64,000 nucleotides of DNA, taken from NCBI GenBank assembly GCA_017468865.1, contig JAFUHM010000054.1, forward strand, positions 3,252 through 67,251. Direction: 5' to 3'. How positions within the stretch are numbered: position 1 is the first letter of the stretch; each line of letters starts with the position of its first letter. This document shows, in pieces, positions 9,823 to 19,901 of this stretch. The notes under the pieces are model-generated. The model was given only the letters and a program-made list of their open reading frames with translations. It was not told where the DNA came from and searched no databases. The DNA comes from Oscillospiraceae bacterium. Lineage in GTDB: Bacteria > Bacillota > Clostridia > Oscillospirales > Ruminococcaceae. A program made the position numbers and the translations under genes.

Positions 9823-11028
9823 ATGTGGACAATAAAAGAACTTAAAAGCAATGCGTGGAACCTTCTGAAAAACTTCTACTGGAAGGCTCTTCTTGCATCG
9901 CTGATCGTGTGCTTCTTTACGGGGCAGCTGAGCCTTGGTGCGCTCGACCGCAACAGGGGACTCAATTCCTACAGCGACCTTGAGGAGAGGATAGAGGAAT
10001 ATGTCAACAGTCAGAACGGCGGCAAGGGCGACTATGACTTTGACATAGACTTTGACAGCTCTGACTTCAACTTTGACTACGATACCAACAAGAAGGTGGT
10101 CATCGCTGATGACATGGCTGCGGCAAGCAGTTCATCCTCGAATGCGTATGACTTTATGGCGGCAGGAGTTGCTGCCGTGGTGTTTGTCATAATCCTGATA
10201 GCCATTGTGATCGGATTCGGATGGAGCACATTCGTATCGAACATCGTGGTGGTAGGTCACAGGAGATTTCACCTGGATGCGAGGTACGGCGACTATAACG
10301 TGGGGAACGTATTCAGTATGTTCTCGGGCGGAAATTACAAGAACGTGTGCTGGACGATGTTCCTGTACAACCTGAAGATATTCCTGTGGTCGCTGCTGTT
10401 CGTGATCCCCGGCATCATAAAGACATATGAATATGCACTCGTTCCCTATATACTGGCAGACAATCCGAACATCGACCAGAAGCGTGCATTTGAGATCTCA
10501 CGCCGCACAATGGAAGGCGAGAAGATGAACCTCTTCGTATTCCAGCTTTCCTTCATCGGCTGGGGCATCCTTGCAGGGATCGTTCCTTTGGGTCAGGCTT
10601 TCCTCACACCCTACACCACTGCGGCTTACACCGAATTCTATGTGTGCATGAAGGCTAAGGCTATGGCAAACGGCTACGCTATGCCCGGTGAGCTTCCTGC
10701 GGACGGTGAGAGACAGGCTTATTCCGCATATCCTGCGGGCGGTTACGGTGCATCACAGCCCTACGGCGCTCAGCCTTACGGCGGACAGCCTACGCAGCCT
10801 TACGGCGGTCAGCCTTATGGCGGACAGACGGCACAGCCCTACGGCGGTCAGCCCTATGGCGGTCAGACGGCACAGCCTTACGGCGGTCAGCCTTATGGCG
10901 GACAGACGGCACAGCCTTACGGCGGTCAGCCCAATATTTATGACCCCAATGCACAGCCTCCTTCTGCGGCTCCCAATTCCATGGATGACATTTCCGCAGA
11001 TGACCTTTATCCTCATGACGAGAACTGA
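9823..11028 (+). CDS. DUF975-family membrane protein with QPYGG-repeat C-terminal tail
   Basis: ELKSNAW, LWSLLFVIPGIIKTYEYALVPYILADNP, SRRTMEGEKMNLF..LSFIGW; start ATG 9823 after GGAGGG. Confidence 0.85.
   Translation: MWTIKELKSNAWNLLKNFYWKALLASLIVCFFTGQLSLGALDRNRGLNSYSDLEERIEEYVNSQNGGKGDYDFDIDFDSSDFNFDYDTNKKVVIADDMAAASSSSSNAYDFMAAGVAAVVFVIILIAIVIGFGWSTFVSNIVVVGHRRFHLDARYGDYNVGNVFSMFSGGNYKNVCWTMFLYNLKIFLWSLLFVIPGIIKTYEYALVPYILADNPNIDQKRAFEISRRTMEGEKMNLFVFQLSFIGWGILAGIVPLGQAFLTPYTTAAYTEFYVCMKAKAMANGYAMPGELPADGERQAYSAYPAGGYGASQPYGAQPYGGQPTQPYGGQPYGGQTAQPYGGQPYGGQTAQPYGGQPYGGQTAQPYGGQPNIYDPNAQPPSAAPNSMDDISADDLYPHDEN
10756..10932 (+). repeat. Coding tandem repeat: 15-bp QPYGG units in a 39-bp higher-order period
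   Basis: 9 CAGCCYTAYGGCG[GC]N units interleaved with 9-bp CAGACGGCA/CAGCCTACG linkers. Confidence 0.92.
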
Positions 11029-11035
11029 CAACTCC

Positions 11036-11068
11036 GATCCCTTCCCATTCGGGAAGGGGTCTTTTTTT
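11036..11068 (+). terminator. Rho-independent terminator
   Basis: GATCCCTTCCC/GGGAAGGGGTC stem plus T7. Confidence 0.85.
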
Positions 11069-11133
11069 GCGTCTGTTCGCTAAAAGATGCGCTTTTGACA
11101 AACATGGAGAGAGATATTTGTGCATATCGGCAA

Positions 11134-11162
11134 TTGACAAGGTAACAAAAAAATGGTACAAT
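11134..11162 (+). promoter_or_regulatory. SigA promoter
   Basis: TTGACA-17bp-TACAAT with TGn. Confidence 0.75.
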
Positions 11163-11194
11163 GGATACGGAATACAAGGGAATGAGGTGTGAGA

Positions 11195-11416
11195 ATGGCT
11201 CGCAAACGTGTTTCGGAGGCTCAGAAGAAGGAAGTTCACAGGCGCAACAACGTCAAGTGGGACCGTGAGAATATGCGCTCCCTTACCTGTAGGATAAAGG
11301 CGGAGGATGCCGCCGTATTCAAGGAATACTGTGCGGCGGCAGGCACTACACCCGGCAGGGTGCTCAAGGACTATGTGATGGGCATCATAGACGGACGCAC
11401 GGCTGATGCGGACTGA
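11195..11416 (+). CDS. Small basic protein, probable ribbon-helix-helix DNA-binding/antitoxin-like
   Basis: Own promoter, GAGGTG RBS; KWDRENMRSLTCRIKAEDAAVFKEYCAAAGTTPGRVLKDYV has a strand-helix-G-helix pattern. Confidence 0.6.
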   Translation: MARKRVSEAQKKEVHRRNNVKWDRENMRSLTCRIKAEDAAVFKEYCAAAGTTPGRVLKDYVMGIIDGRTADAD

Positions 11417-11440
11417 TGCTCTTCCCCGATATGTACGCTG

Positions 11441-11482
11441 ATGCGCCCGAAAGCCTGCGCCTGCGGCTTTCGGACGCATTTT
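11441..11482 (+). terminator. Hairpin after the small gene
   Basis: ATGCG.CCGAAAGCC / GGCTTTCGG.CGCAT then TTT. Confidence 0.5.
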
Positions 11483-11523
11483 CCGTTTGGCGGAGGGAAG
11501 ATGAGCTTAATTTTTCAAAACCC

Positions 11524-11552
11524 TTGCATTTGACCGCCGACTATGGTATAAT
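11524..11552 (+). promoter_or_regulatory. SigA promoter of GH5 gene
   Basis: TTGCAT-17bp-TATAAT with TGn. Confidence 0.75.
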
Positions 11553-11578
11553 TATAAGATGTGGACAGGAGGTGCCTT

Positions 11579-13477
11579 ATGAGGAAGACGTTATATTCGC
11601 TTCTGGCGGTGATGATGCTCAGCTCGTGCGCCGCAGGGAAGACAGCGGAGGAGACATCAGTGCAGACCGACGGTACGGTCACAACAGTGACTTCGGCAGG
11701 CACGGTGACGACGAAAGATATGTCCGACCCTTACGGGGACGGAGGAGTGCATACACAGGCAGTCACGCCTGAACTTGATGAGAAGGAAGATACGCAGGAG
11801 ACTTCCGTGCAGACTTCACAGACCGAAAAGGCACCTGCGGAACAGACCTCACAGACAAAGACCGAACCTCTTTCGGCGTCTGAGAGCGTACAGAGCGGTG
11901 ACGTTACGGTGACGCTCACACGCACGGGAGGCTGGAACGACGGGAAGAACGACTTTGCACAGTTCGACGTGTCGGTGAAGAACAAGGGCAAAAAGGACGT
12001 TTCGGGCTGGACAGTTACCATCCCTTCGGGGGCGGCAGTGATAGATCAGTCCTGGAATACGCAGATAAAGGCTGAGGACGGCGTGATAACCGCAGGCCCG
12101 GTGGACTTCAATACGGTCATATATCCGGGTTCGGATGCTTCCTTCGGCATGATAATCAAAGACCCTGCGGATATAGATGCGGCTGCGGCGGCAGTGGTAT
12201 GCACCTTCGGTGCGGTCTCACAGAATTTGGGGGGCAACGGAGGACAGACCGTGACTCCCGCAAAGGATGTGCCCGAGCCTACGACGGATGACTGGCTCTA
12301 TGTCAAGGGCAACAAGATAGTTGACAGCAAGGGCAGGGAAGTGTGGATGACAGGTGTCAACTGGTTCGGCTACAACACGGGAACGAACACCTTTGACGGG
12401 CTGTGGGCGTGCGATCTCAACACATCGGTGAACGCCATCGCCGATCACGGCTTCAACCTGCTGAGGATACCCTTCTCGGCGGAGCTCATCAACAAATGGG
12501 CGGCAGGGGAGTATCCCGAGGCTAATTACAACCACGCATACAACTCTTATCTCAATGACATGAATTCCCTGGAGATCTTCGACTACGTTGTGGGTCAGTG
12601 CAGGGCGAACGGTCTGAAGATAATGATAGACATACACTCCGCAAAGACCGACTCCATGGGGCATATGAAGAATATGTGGTACGAGGGGGACGTGAGCGCA
12701 GAGGACTACCGTGACGCCCTTGCGTGGATGGCGGAGAGATATAAGGATGATGATACCATCATCGCATTCGACCTGAAGAACGAGCCTCACGGGAAGGCGA
12801 ATGAGTCGCCCCGTGCCAAGTGGGACGGCTCGAAGGATGAGGACAACTGGAAGTACCAGGCGGAGCTGGCAGCGGATGCGGTGCTCAGCGCAAATCCCAA
12901 TGTGCTTATCATGGTGGAGGGCATCGAGATATATCCCAGGGACATAAAGTCCAACGGGGACTTCTCCTCAAAGGACCCTTCGGACTACCTGAGCACATGG
13001 TGGGGCGGCAACCTCAGAGGGGTGAAGAATGACCCTGTGGATCTGGGGAAATACAACAACAAGCTGGTCTATTCACCTCATGACTACGGCCCTGCGGTAT
13101 ATCAGCAGGAGTGGTTCAAGGGGAAATATACATATGAGTCCCTCAAAGAAGATGCGTGGAACGATAACTGGCTGTACATCCATGACAGCGGCACGGCTCC
13201 CATCCTTATCGGGGAGTGGGGCGGCTTCATGACGGAGCCTAATCTGACGTGGATGAAGTATCTGCGGCAGCTTATCGGGGAGAAGCACCTCAATCACACG
13301 TTCTGGTGCTTCAACGCAAACTCGGGGGACACAGGCGGACTGGTCAGGGATGACTTTGTTACCTGGGACGAGGAGAAATATTCATTTGTCAAGGAAGTAC
13401 TGTGGCAGGAGGACGGGAAGTTCGTCGGGCTTGACCATCAGATACCCTTGGGGGAAAACGGCAAGGCTCTCGGATGA
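11579..13477 (+). CDS. Lipoprotein endoglucanase: Thr/Glu/Gln linker + CBM2-like + GH5 (subfamily 1-like)
   Basis: Lipobox LSSC; GGWNDG..FDVSVKN..GWTV..SWN (CBM2); [38 protein letters not shown]. Confidence 0.9.
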   Translation: MRKTLYSLLAVMMLSSCAAGKTAEETSVQTDGTVTTVTSAGTVTTKDMSDPYGDGGVHTQAVTPELDEKEDTQETSVQTSQTEKAPAEQTSQTKTEPLSASESVQSGDVTVTLTRTGGWNDGKNDFAQFDVSVKNKGKKDVSGWTVTIPSGAAVIDQSWNTQIKAEDGVITAGPVDFNTVIYPGSDASFGMIIKDPADIDAAAAAVVCTFGAVSQNLGGNGGQTVTPAKDVPEPTTDDWLYVKGNKIVDSKGREVWMTGVNWFGYNTGTNTFDGLWACDLNTSVNAIADHGFNLLRIPFSAELINKWAAGEYPEANYNHAYNSYLNDMNSLEIFDYVVGQCRANGLKIMIDIHSAKTDSMGHMKNMWYEGDVSAEDYRDALAWMAERYKDDDTIIAFDLKNEPHGKANESPRAKWDGSKDEDNWKYQAELAADAVLSANPNVLIMVEGIEIYPRDIKSNGDFSSKDPSDYLSTWWGGNLRGVKNDPVDLGKYNNKLVYSPHDYGPAVYQQEWFKGKYTYESLKEDAWNDNWLYIHDSGTAPILIGEWGGFMTEPNLTWMKYLRQLIGEKHLNHTFWCFNANSGDTGGLVRDDFVTWDEEKYSFVKEVLWQEDGKFVGLDHQIPLGENGKALG

Positions 13478-13508
13478 GTGCTTTGTCCGCTGAGAACGGA
13501 GGTCATTT

Positions 13509-13778
13509 ATGAAGGCAGTAGTAACTGTGATAGGCAAGGATGCTGTGGGCATACTTGCGAAGGTGAGCGGCATATGCGCCCAGAACAATGCAAACGTGAC
13601 GGATGTTACGCAGAGCGTGCTCCAGGATATGTTCGCCATGATAATGCTGGTGGATATCAGCAGTCTCAACGGCTCATTCGCCGCACTTCAGGACAAGCTG
13701 ACGGAACTCGGGGATGAACTGGGACTGAAGATCCACACCATGCACGAGGACATATTCAACACCATGCACAGCATATGA
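13509..13778 (+). CDS. ACT-domain protein (UPF0237)
   Basis: [44 protein letters not shown]; typical partner of DUF711. Confidence 0.92.
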   Translation: MKAVVTVIGKDAVGILAKVSGICAQNNANVTDVTQSVLQDMFAMIMLVDISSLNGSFAALQDKLTELGDELGLKIHTMHEDIFNTMHSI

Positions 13779-13791
13779 TCGGAGCTACGCA

Positions 13792-15146
13792 ATGATAAAC
13801 GTCTACGATATACTTGAAACTATTCGGATGATACAGGATGAGTGCCTGGATATACGCACCATCACCATGGGCATCTCGCTCCTGGACTGCATCGACAGCG
13901 ATATTGACCGTGCCTGCGAAAAGGTATATGACAAGATATGCAGATGCGCAGGCAGGCTCGTCCCCGTGGGGGAGGAGATAGAGAAGGAATACGGCATCCC
14001 CATCATAAACAAGAGGCTGTCGGTGACACCTATCGCCATGATCTCGGCTGCCTGTGATGCGGATCCCGTGAAGTTTGCGCACACTATGGAGCGTGCTGCA
14101 AAGGAGTGCGGCGTCAATCTGATAGGAGGATATTCCGCACTGGTGCAGAAGGGATTTTCCGCAGGAGACGAAAGGCTCATCAGATCCATACCCCGTGCGC
14201 TGGCGGAGACTTCCTGCGTATGCTCATCGGTGAACATCGGTTCGACCAAGACGGGCATAAACATGGATGCGGTGGCTCTTATGGGACACATCGTCCGTGA
14301 GGCGGCTGAGGCTACGGTGAAGGACAGGTGCTTCGGTGCGGCAAAGCTGGTGGTGTTCTGCAATGCGGTGGACGACAATCCCTTTATGGCGGGTGCGTTC
14401 CACGGCATGGGTGAGCCCGACTGCATGATAAATGTGGGAGTATCGGGACCCGGAGTGGTGCGCAGTGCGCTGTCAAAGTACCCTGATGCTGACATTTCAC
14501 AGCTGGCGGACATCATCAAGAAGACGGCTTACAAGATAACCCGTGTGGGTCAGCTGGTGGGCGTGACCGCATCGGAGAGACTGGGCGTGCCTTTCGGCAT
14601 AGTGGATCTTTCCCTTGCGCCTACTCCTGCGGTGGGCGACAGCGTTGCCTACATACTGGAGGAGATGGGACTGGAGAAGTGCGGCTGCGCAGGAACGACT
14701 GCCTGCCTTGCGATGCTAAACGACGCTGTCAAGAAGGGCGGCGTTATGGCCTGCTCACGCATCGGCGGACTTTCGGGCGCATTCATCCCCGTATCGGAGG
14801 ATGCTGGCATGATAGCGGCGGCTGAGTGCGGCTCCCTTCGCATAGAGAAGCTTGAAGCCATGACCGCTGTATGCTCGGTAGGCCTTGATATGATAGTTAT
14901 TCCCGGCGATACCTCCGCAGAGATAATCTCAGGCATCATTGCTGATGAGGCGGCTATCGGCATGGTCAATTCCAAGACCACCGCTGTCAGGGTGATCCCT
15001 GCCATAGGGCATGAAGTAGGGGATACGCTTGACTGGGCGGACTCTTCGGAAAGGGGCCTGTGATGCCCGTGAACACATATTCGCCGTCTAAGTTCATCTC
15101 CAGAGGAGGACAGATACCTGCTCCCCTTCACAGCTTGAAGAATTAG
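13792..15146 (+). pseudogene. DUF711/UPF0210 (PFL-like) protein with a 1-bp frameshift near 15035-15037
   Basis: [27 protein letters not shown]; called ORF stops at 15063 but the conserved tail GGLFG..PVMPVN...[14 protein letters not shown] continues in another frame to 15146; may be a sequencing error. Confidence 0.8.
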
Positions 15147-15154
15147 GTGATAAT

Positions 15155-15469
15155 ATGGGACAGCTCAAAGATGTTATCGAGGCGGACAAGGAAGCTACCC
15201 GCATCGTTGAGGAGGCTCGCACGCAGAGCGTGAAGATGATCGCAAAGGCGAAGGCGGAGAAGGAAGAAGTGATCGCCAAAGCCGTTGCACAGGCTGATGC
15301 CCGGATCGAGAGACGGGCGCAGGAGGCTCAGGCAAAGGCGGAGGAGAGGCGCAGAGCCCTTGAGGAACGGAAAAATTCCAGTGAAGCCAGGATCTCCGCT
15401 GTCTTTGACCAAAACCGTGACAAGTGGGAAGAGGAGATCTTCAACAGGGTGATAAAGACTGTCGGGTAA
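15155..15469 (+). CDS. V/A-type ATPase stalk subunit G/H
   Basis: Ala/Glu/Lys coiled coil heading the V-ATPase operon. Confidence 0.7.
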   Translation: MGQLKDVIEADKEATRIVEEARTQSVKMIAKAKAEKEEVIAKAVAQADARIERRAQEAQAKAEERRRALEERKNSSEARISAVFDQNRDKWEEEIFNRVIKTVG

Positions 15470-15546
15470 GGGCTTGACAGCCGATACAGAAGGGCGGTGT
15501 TGATATAAAGGCTCATGATTTTTACAGCGGCAGCGGTACTGCTACG

Positions 15547-16545
15547 GTGGCAAAGCTCCATGCGATAGTCGGGGCGAAACTCAGGGACAGCGACTATCAT
15601 CAGCTCATGTCATGCAGCAATGTGGCGGATGCGGCGGATTATCTGAAAAGGCGCACATATTATTCAAGGGTGCTTGAAAACACCGATACCGACAAGATTC
15701 ACAGAGGCATACTTGAAAACCTGCTCAGGCGTGGGTTCTATGAGGACTGCTATCGGATAACCAACTTCGAGAAGCTGGGGGATGATGAGGTGTATAACCA
15801 CATCGTCCTCAAGACTGAGGTGGATGAGATACTCATATGTATCACCCACATAAATGCGGGGACGGACGATCAGATAAGCACCATACCCATCTACATGAAC
15901 AGGTACACCTGCTTTGACCTGATGGAGCTTGCGAAGGTGAGGAGCTTTTCCGAACTTCTCAAGCTGCTGGCGAAGACCCCGTATGCGGCTCTGCTGAAGA
16001 AGTATTCCCCGAAGGCGGGGGAGAAGATAAACTATCAGGCGTGCGAACTTGCGCTGCGCTCCTACTTCTACGAAAGGCTCCTGGGGTCACGGACCGCCGC
16101 CGGGGACAAGGATATACAGGCTTATATCTGTGCGCAGATAGATATGATAAACATCATCAATGCGTACCGCCTGAAGAAATACTACTATGCGGACTATGAG
16201 CAGATAAAGTCTCTTATGATACCCATTTACAGGCGCATCCCGGAGCGGGCGTTCGATCAGCTGTACTCTGCGGTGGACAGCGAGGACTTCATAAGGATAC
16301 TGCGCTCTACCTTCTACGGGCGAAAGCTGGATGAGGCGGAGCTGATGAAGTCGCCTGAAAGGGCTCTGCAAAAGGAGAGGTACCGCTCGGCAAAGCGCTC
16401 CTTTGCACTGGCGAAGTCCCCTCCTGCGGCTTATCTGACATATGTATACCTGGCAGAGACGGAACTTAAAAATATCATAAGGATCATAGAGGGCATACGC
16501 TATTCCCTCCCTGTGGAGGAGATAGCTTCCCTGCTTATACTGTGA
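15547..16545 (+). CDS. ntpC: V/A-type ATPase subunit C (true start may be upstream, about 15505)
   Basis: Operon position; DMINIINAYRLKKYY; ELKNIIRIIEGIRYSL. Confidence 0.85.
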   Translation: MAKLHAIVGAKLRDSDYHQLMSCSNVADAADYLKRRTYYSRVLENTDTDKIHRGILENLLRRGFYEDCYRITNFEKLGDDEVYNHIVLKTEVDEILICITHINAGTDDQISTIPIYMNRYTCFDLMELAKVRSFSELLKLLAKTPYAALLKKYSPKAGEKINYQACELALRSYFYERLLGSRTAAGDKDIQAYICAQIDMINIINAYRLKKYYYADYEQIKSLMIPIYRRIPERAFDQLYSAVDSEDFIRILRSTFYGRKLDEAELMKSPERALQKERYRSAKRSFALAKSPPAAYLTYVYLAETELKNIIRIIEGIRYSLPVEEIASLLIL

Positions 16546-16559
16546 GGAGGGGTGATAAG

Positions 16560-18518
16560 GTGTCATCGGTTGAAAAAATGCTGATCGCCGAAATAACGGG
16601 CGATGAGCCGATGCTGGATCTGGCACTCGGCCTGATAAGCGACAGCGGCTGCTTCCACATGGAGAACGCTCCCGTGAAGCAGAACATGGCCAGCAGATCT
16701 GCCAAGGGGGATAATCCCTACATAAGGCAGATGAAGATGCTGTCGGAGATAGCGGCGCTCAGCGGCGTAAAGTACGGGAAGACGGAGGTAAAGGAAAGTG
16801 CCGCCCAGACTTCCCGATGGGTCACGGAGAACAATGCTTCGGAGGAGATAGAGAAGATACACGCTGAGATCTCCGCCATGGCGGATGCCGTGCAGAGCTC
16901 GGAAGGCGAGATGGCGATACATGAGGCGGCGCTCGAACAGATAAGCCACCTGAAGGGGAATGCGGATCAGTCCTTCGATGTGGACTTTGCGGAGGTATTC
17001 GCCTGCAAGAACCTGAAGGTGAGATACGGACGCTTTCCGCTGGACAGCTATGAACGGCTTTCCTACTACGAGGACAAGGATATATGCTTCCTCACCTTCG
17101 GAGAGGATGAGGGATACAAATACTGCTTCGTGTTCGCTCCCGTCGAGGAGGGAGATATGCTCGACGAGATACTGGCAGGGCTGTACTTCGAGAGGATACA
17201 TATCCCCGAATTCGTTTCGGGAAATATCGTGGAGTCCGCAGGACAGCTTGAGAAGGACATAGCATCCGACAGGGAGAATACGGAAAAGCTGAGGACGAAG
17301 CTCGCCAGGTATGCGGAGGACAAGAAGGATTTCCTCTCACAGTGCTATACCAGGCTCAAGACCATGTACGATCTGTATGAGCTGCGGCAGAATGCGCTCC
17401 TTGACAGCGGCTCGTTCTACATCATGGGATTTATCCCGGAAAGCAACAAGAACAGCTTTGCAGACCCCTTTACCAAGGCGGGGCTTGCGGTGGAGATACG
17501 GGAGATGACGAAGAAGGAAGAGGAGGATGCACCTGTCAAGCTGAAGACCTCACGCTTTGCGGAGCCTTTCTCCATGTTTGTCAATCTCTACGGCGTACCC
17601 TCTCACACGGACGTAAATCCCACCACGATAGTGGCGCTCACATATACTCTGCTGTTCGGCATAATGTTCGGCGATCTGGGACAGGGATTCGTGCTGATGC
17701 TGCTGGGATTTTTCCTGCATCATAAGAACGGCAAGCCCCTGGGCAGGATAATGGAGAGACTGGGCGTGTCGTCCATGATATTCGGCACCCTGTACGGCAG
17801 CGTGTTCGGCGTTGAGGATGCCCTCGATCCCGTGTATGAACGGCTCGGGATAAGCTTCCTGCCCTTCAAGACGATAGAGAACATCAATACCGTCCTGTAT
17901 GCCGCCATCGGCATAGGCGTGGTGCTCATCATCATATCCATAATCGTGAATATGATACAGGGCATACGGGAAAGGGACTGGGCAAGAGCGCTGTTTACTA
18001 ACAACGGACTTGCGGGGCTCGTGTTCTATGTATCTCTCCTGCTCATGCTCATAGGCCCCATGGCCGGCATAAAGGCAGGGGGAGCGGTCTATGTGATATG
18101 CCTGATCGTACTGCCGCTGCTGGTGATGTTCATGCATGAACCCCTGGGAGAGCTGCTTTCGGGGAACGGTTTCAAGATACACGGGAGCTTGGGTGACTTT
18201 ATCGCCACCAACTTCTTTGAGTGCTTTGAATACCTGCTGGGCTATGCCACCAATACACTGTCATTCGTGCGTGTGGGCGGATTTGTGCTGTCCCATGCGG
18301 GCATGATGAGCGTGGTGCTGGCGCTTGCACAGATGGCAGGCAAGGGCTCGGTCATCGTCATGATACTGGGCAATATATTCGTAATGGGACTGGAAGGACT
18401 GCTGTCGGGCATACAGGTGCTCAGGCTCGAATTCTACGAGATGTTCTCCCGATACTACACGGGAGGCGGCAAGTCCTTTGAGCCTGTCCGCATCGATCTT
18501 GATGAAATGATAGAATAA
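16560..18518 (+). CDS. ntpI: V/A-type ATPase subunit I (a)
   Basis: YGVP...VNPT, LFGIMFGDLGQG, NTLSFVRVGGF, LRLEFYEMFSRYYTGGG. Confidence 0.95.
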   Translation: MSSVEKMLIAEITGDEPMLDLALGLISDSGCFHMENAPVKQNMASRSAKGDNPYIRQMKMLSEIAALSGVKYGKTEVKESAAQTSRWVTENNASEEIEKIHAEISAMADAVQSSEGEMAIHEAALEQISHLKGNADQSFDVDFAEVFACKNLKVRYGRFPLDSYERLSYYEDKDICFLTFGEDEGYKYCFVFAPVEEGDMLDEILAGLYFERIHIPEFVSGNIVESAGQLEKDIASDRENTEKLRTKLARYAEDKKDFLSQCYTRLKTMYDLYELRQNALLDSGSFYIMGFIPESNKNSFADPFTKAGLAVEIREMTKKEEEDAPVKLKTSRFAEPFSMFVNLYGVPSHTDVNPTTIVALTYTLLFGIMFGDLGQGFVLMLLGFFLHHKNGKPLGRIMERLGVSSMIFGTLYGSVFGVEDALDPVYERLGISFLPFKTIENINTVLYAAIGIGVVLIIISIIVNMIQGIRERDWARALFTNNGLAGLVFYVSLLLMLIGPMAGIKAGGAVYVICLIVLPLLVMFMHEPLGELLSGNGFKIHGSLGDFIATNFFECFEYLLGYATNTLSFVRVGGFVLSHAGMMSVVLALAQMAGKGSVIVMILGNIFVMGLEGLLSGIQVLRLEFYEMFSRYYTGGGKSFEPVRIDLDEMIE

Positions 18519-18554
18519 AGTGTTGACGCAAACAATGTTATGGAGGTTTTTGAT

Positions 18555-18989
18555 ATGTACATTTTTCTCTTTCCGCTGGCGATCGTGATCCTGCTTTCTC
18601 TTCCCGTGATCGCTCGTATAAAGAAGTTCACTGACGGCAAAAAGTGCCGCAATGCGATAATACTCAATCTCTGCTCCTTCTTCGGAGTGATGCTCCTGGC
18701 ACTGGTGCTTCCCGTGGGGGATCTGGTATCGGCTGAGCCTGAGGCTGCGGCGGCTGTGGCAGGCGTGGCAGAGTATGCAGGTCTGGGCTATCTTGCTGCC
18801 GCACTGGCAGTAGGACTCGGTTCCATCGGATGCGGCATCGCAGTCGGAAACGCAGCTCCTGCCGCTATCGGTGCGGTAGCTGAGGAGCCTGAATGCTTCG
18901 GTAAGGCTATGATCTTCGTTGCGCTTGGCGAGGGCGTTGCACTCTACGGCTTCCTTATCGCATTCCTTATCATTCAGGCTCTCGCATGA
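18555..18989 (+). CDS. ntpK: V/A-type ATPase proteolipid subunit K (c) with N-terminal extension
   Basis: GLGSIGCGIAVG..AAIGA; FVALGEGVALYG with essential Glu. Confidence 0.92.
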   Translation: MYIFLFPLAIVILLSLPVIARIKKFTDGKKCRNAIILNLCSFFGVMLLALVLPVGDLVSAEPEAAAAVAGVAEYAGLGYLAAALAVGLGSIGCGIAVGNAAPAAIGAVAEEPECFGKAMIFVALGEGVALYGFLIAFLIIQALA

Positions 18990-19027
18990 TGCCTTCGGGC
19001 GCAGGGAACTAAGCCCGGGGAGAGAAT

Positions 19028-19336
19028 ATGAAATTCTATCTTATAAGTGATAATATCGATACGCTTACGGGGATGAGGCTCGCCGGAATCGAAGGCGTAT
19101 GCGTCCATCAGAAGAAGCACGTCCTTGCGGCACTTGATGAGGCAATGGAGAGGGAGGACGTGGCTGTCATCCTTATGACGGAGAAGCTTATCGATCTGGT
19201 GGAGGACACGGTGAACCTGTATAAGCAGACCCGTAAGACACCGCTCATATCCGAGATACCCGACCGCCATGCGGAGTCGGATGTTACCGCATCTATCTCC
19301 CGCTATGTGCGTGAGGCTATCGGGATAGAACTGTAG
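19028..19336 (+). CDS. V/A-type ATPase subunit F
   Basis: ISDNIDTLTGMRLAGIEG, EIPDRH. Confidence 0.92.
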   Translation: MKFYLISDNIDTLTGMRLAGIEGVCVHQKKHVLAALDEAMEREDVAVILMTEKLIDLVEDTVNLYKQTRKTPLISEIPDRHAESDVTASISRYVREAIGIEL

Positions 19337-19343
19337 GTGAACT

Positions 19344-19901
19344 ATGAACGAGAACGAGAAATTCGGACGATTCCTCAGCGGCATAAAGAAGCGCTCTGAG
19401 GCGAAGGCAAGGCAGATACTCAAAGAGGCCGAAGAGGAGAGCAGGAATATCCTGGACGGAGCGGAAAAAGCTGCCGAGAATGCGGCGTCAAGGCATCTGC
19501 GTGATGCCGAAAGGCTCAAAGCCGGGCGCTCCGTTCACAATATGTCACAGATCGAGACGGATGTGAAGCGTGCGGAACACGCCGCAGCCGAACGGCTGAC
19601 GGGCGAGATGTTCGGTGATATAGCACGCAGGCTCTGTGACTATGCACTGACGGACAACTACAAGACAAAGCTCAGGGCGGCTGTTGCCGCAGAGGATACG
19701 AACGGCGGAGAGGTGCATCTGTCTCCCCGTGATGTGTCCCTTGTGGAGGGGGCAGTCCCCGATGACAGCATCAGCCTGGGCGGATATATGATAGTCTACC
19801 GTGATACGGGAGTATGTATCAACAAGACATACGACTTTGCCCTTGAATCCGAAAGGGAGAGCTTTTCATCACGCAATATAGGCGAGGGGGGCAGGCAGTG
19901 A
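19344..19901 (+). CDS. ntpE: V/A-type ATPase subunit E
   Basis: N-terminal coiled coil, SISLGGY..INKTYD; operon position. Confidence 0.8.
   Translation: MNENEKFGRFLSGIKKRSEAKARQILKEAEEESRNILDGAEKAAENAASRHLRDAERLKAGRSVHNMSQIETDVKRAEHAAAERLTGEMFGDIARRLCDYALTDNYKTKLRAAVAAEDTNGGEVHLSPRDVSLVEGAVPDDSISLGGYMIVYRDTGVCINKTYDFALESERESFSSRNIGEGGRQ

Noticed and set aside
10756-10932. Repeats as a CRISPR array
   Set aside because: 15-bp in-frame coding units, no unique spacers, no cas genes
15474-15506. Internal promoter from TTGACA at 15474
   Set aside because: No -10 hexamer at 16-18 bp spacing
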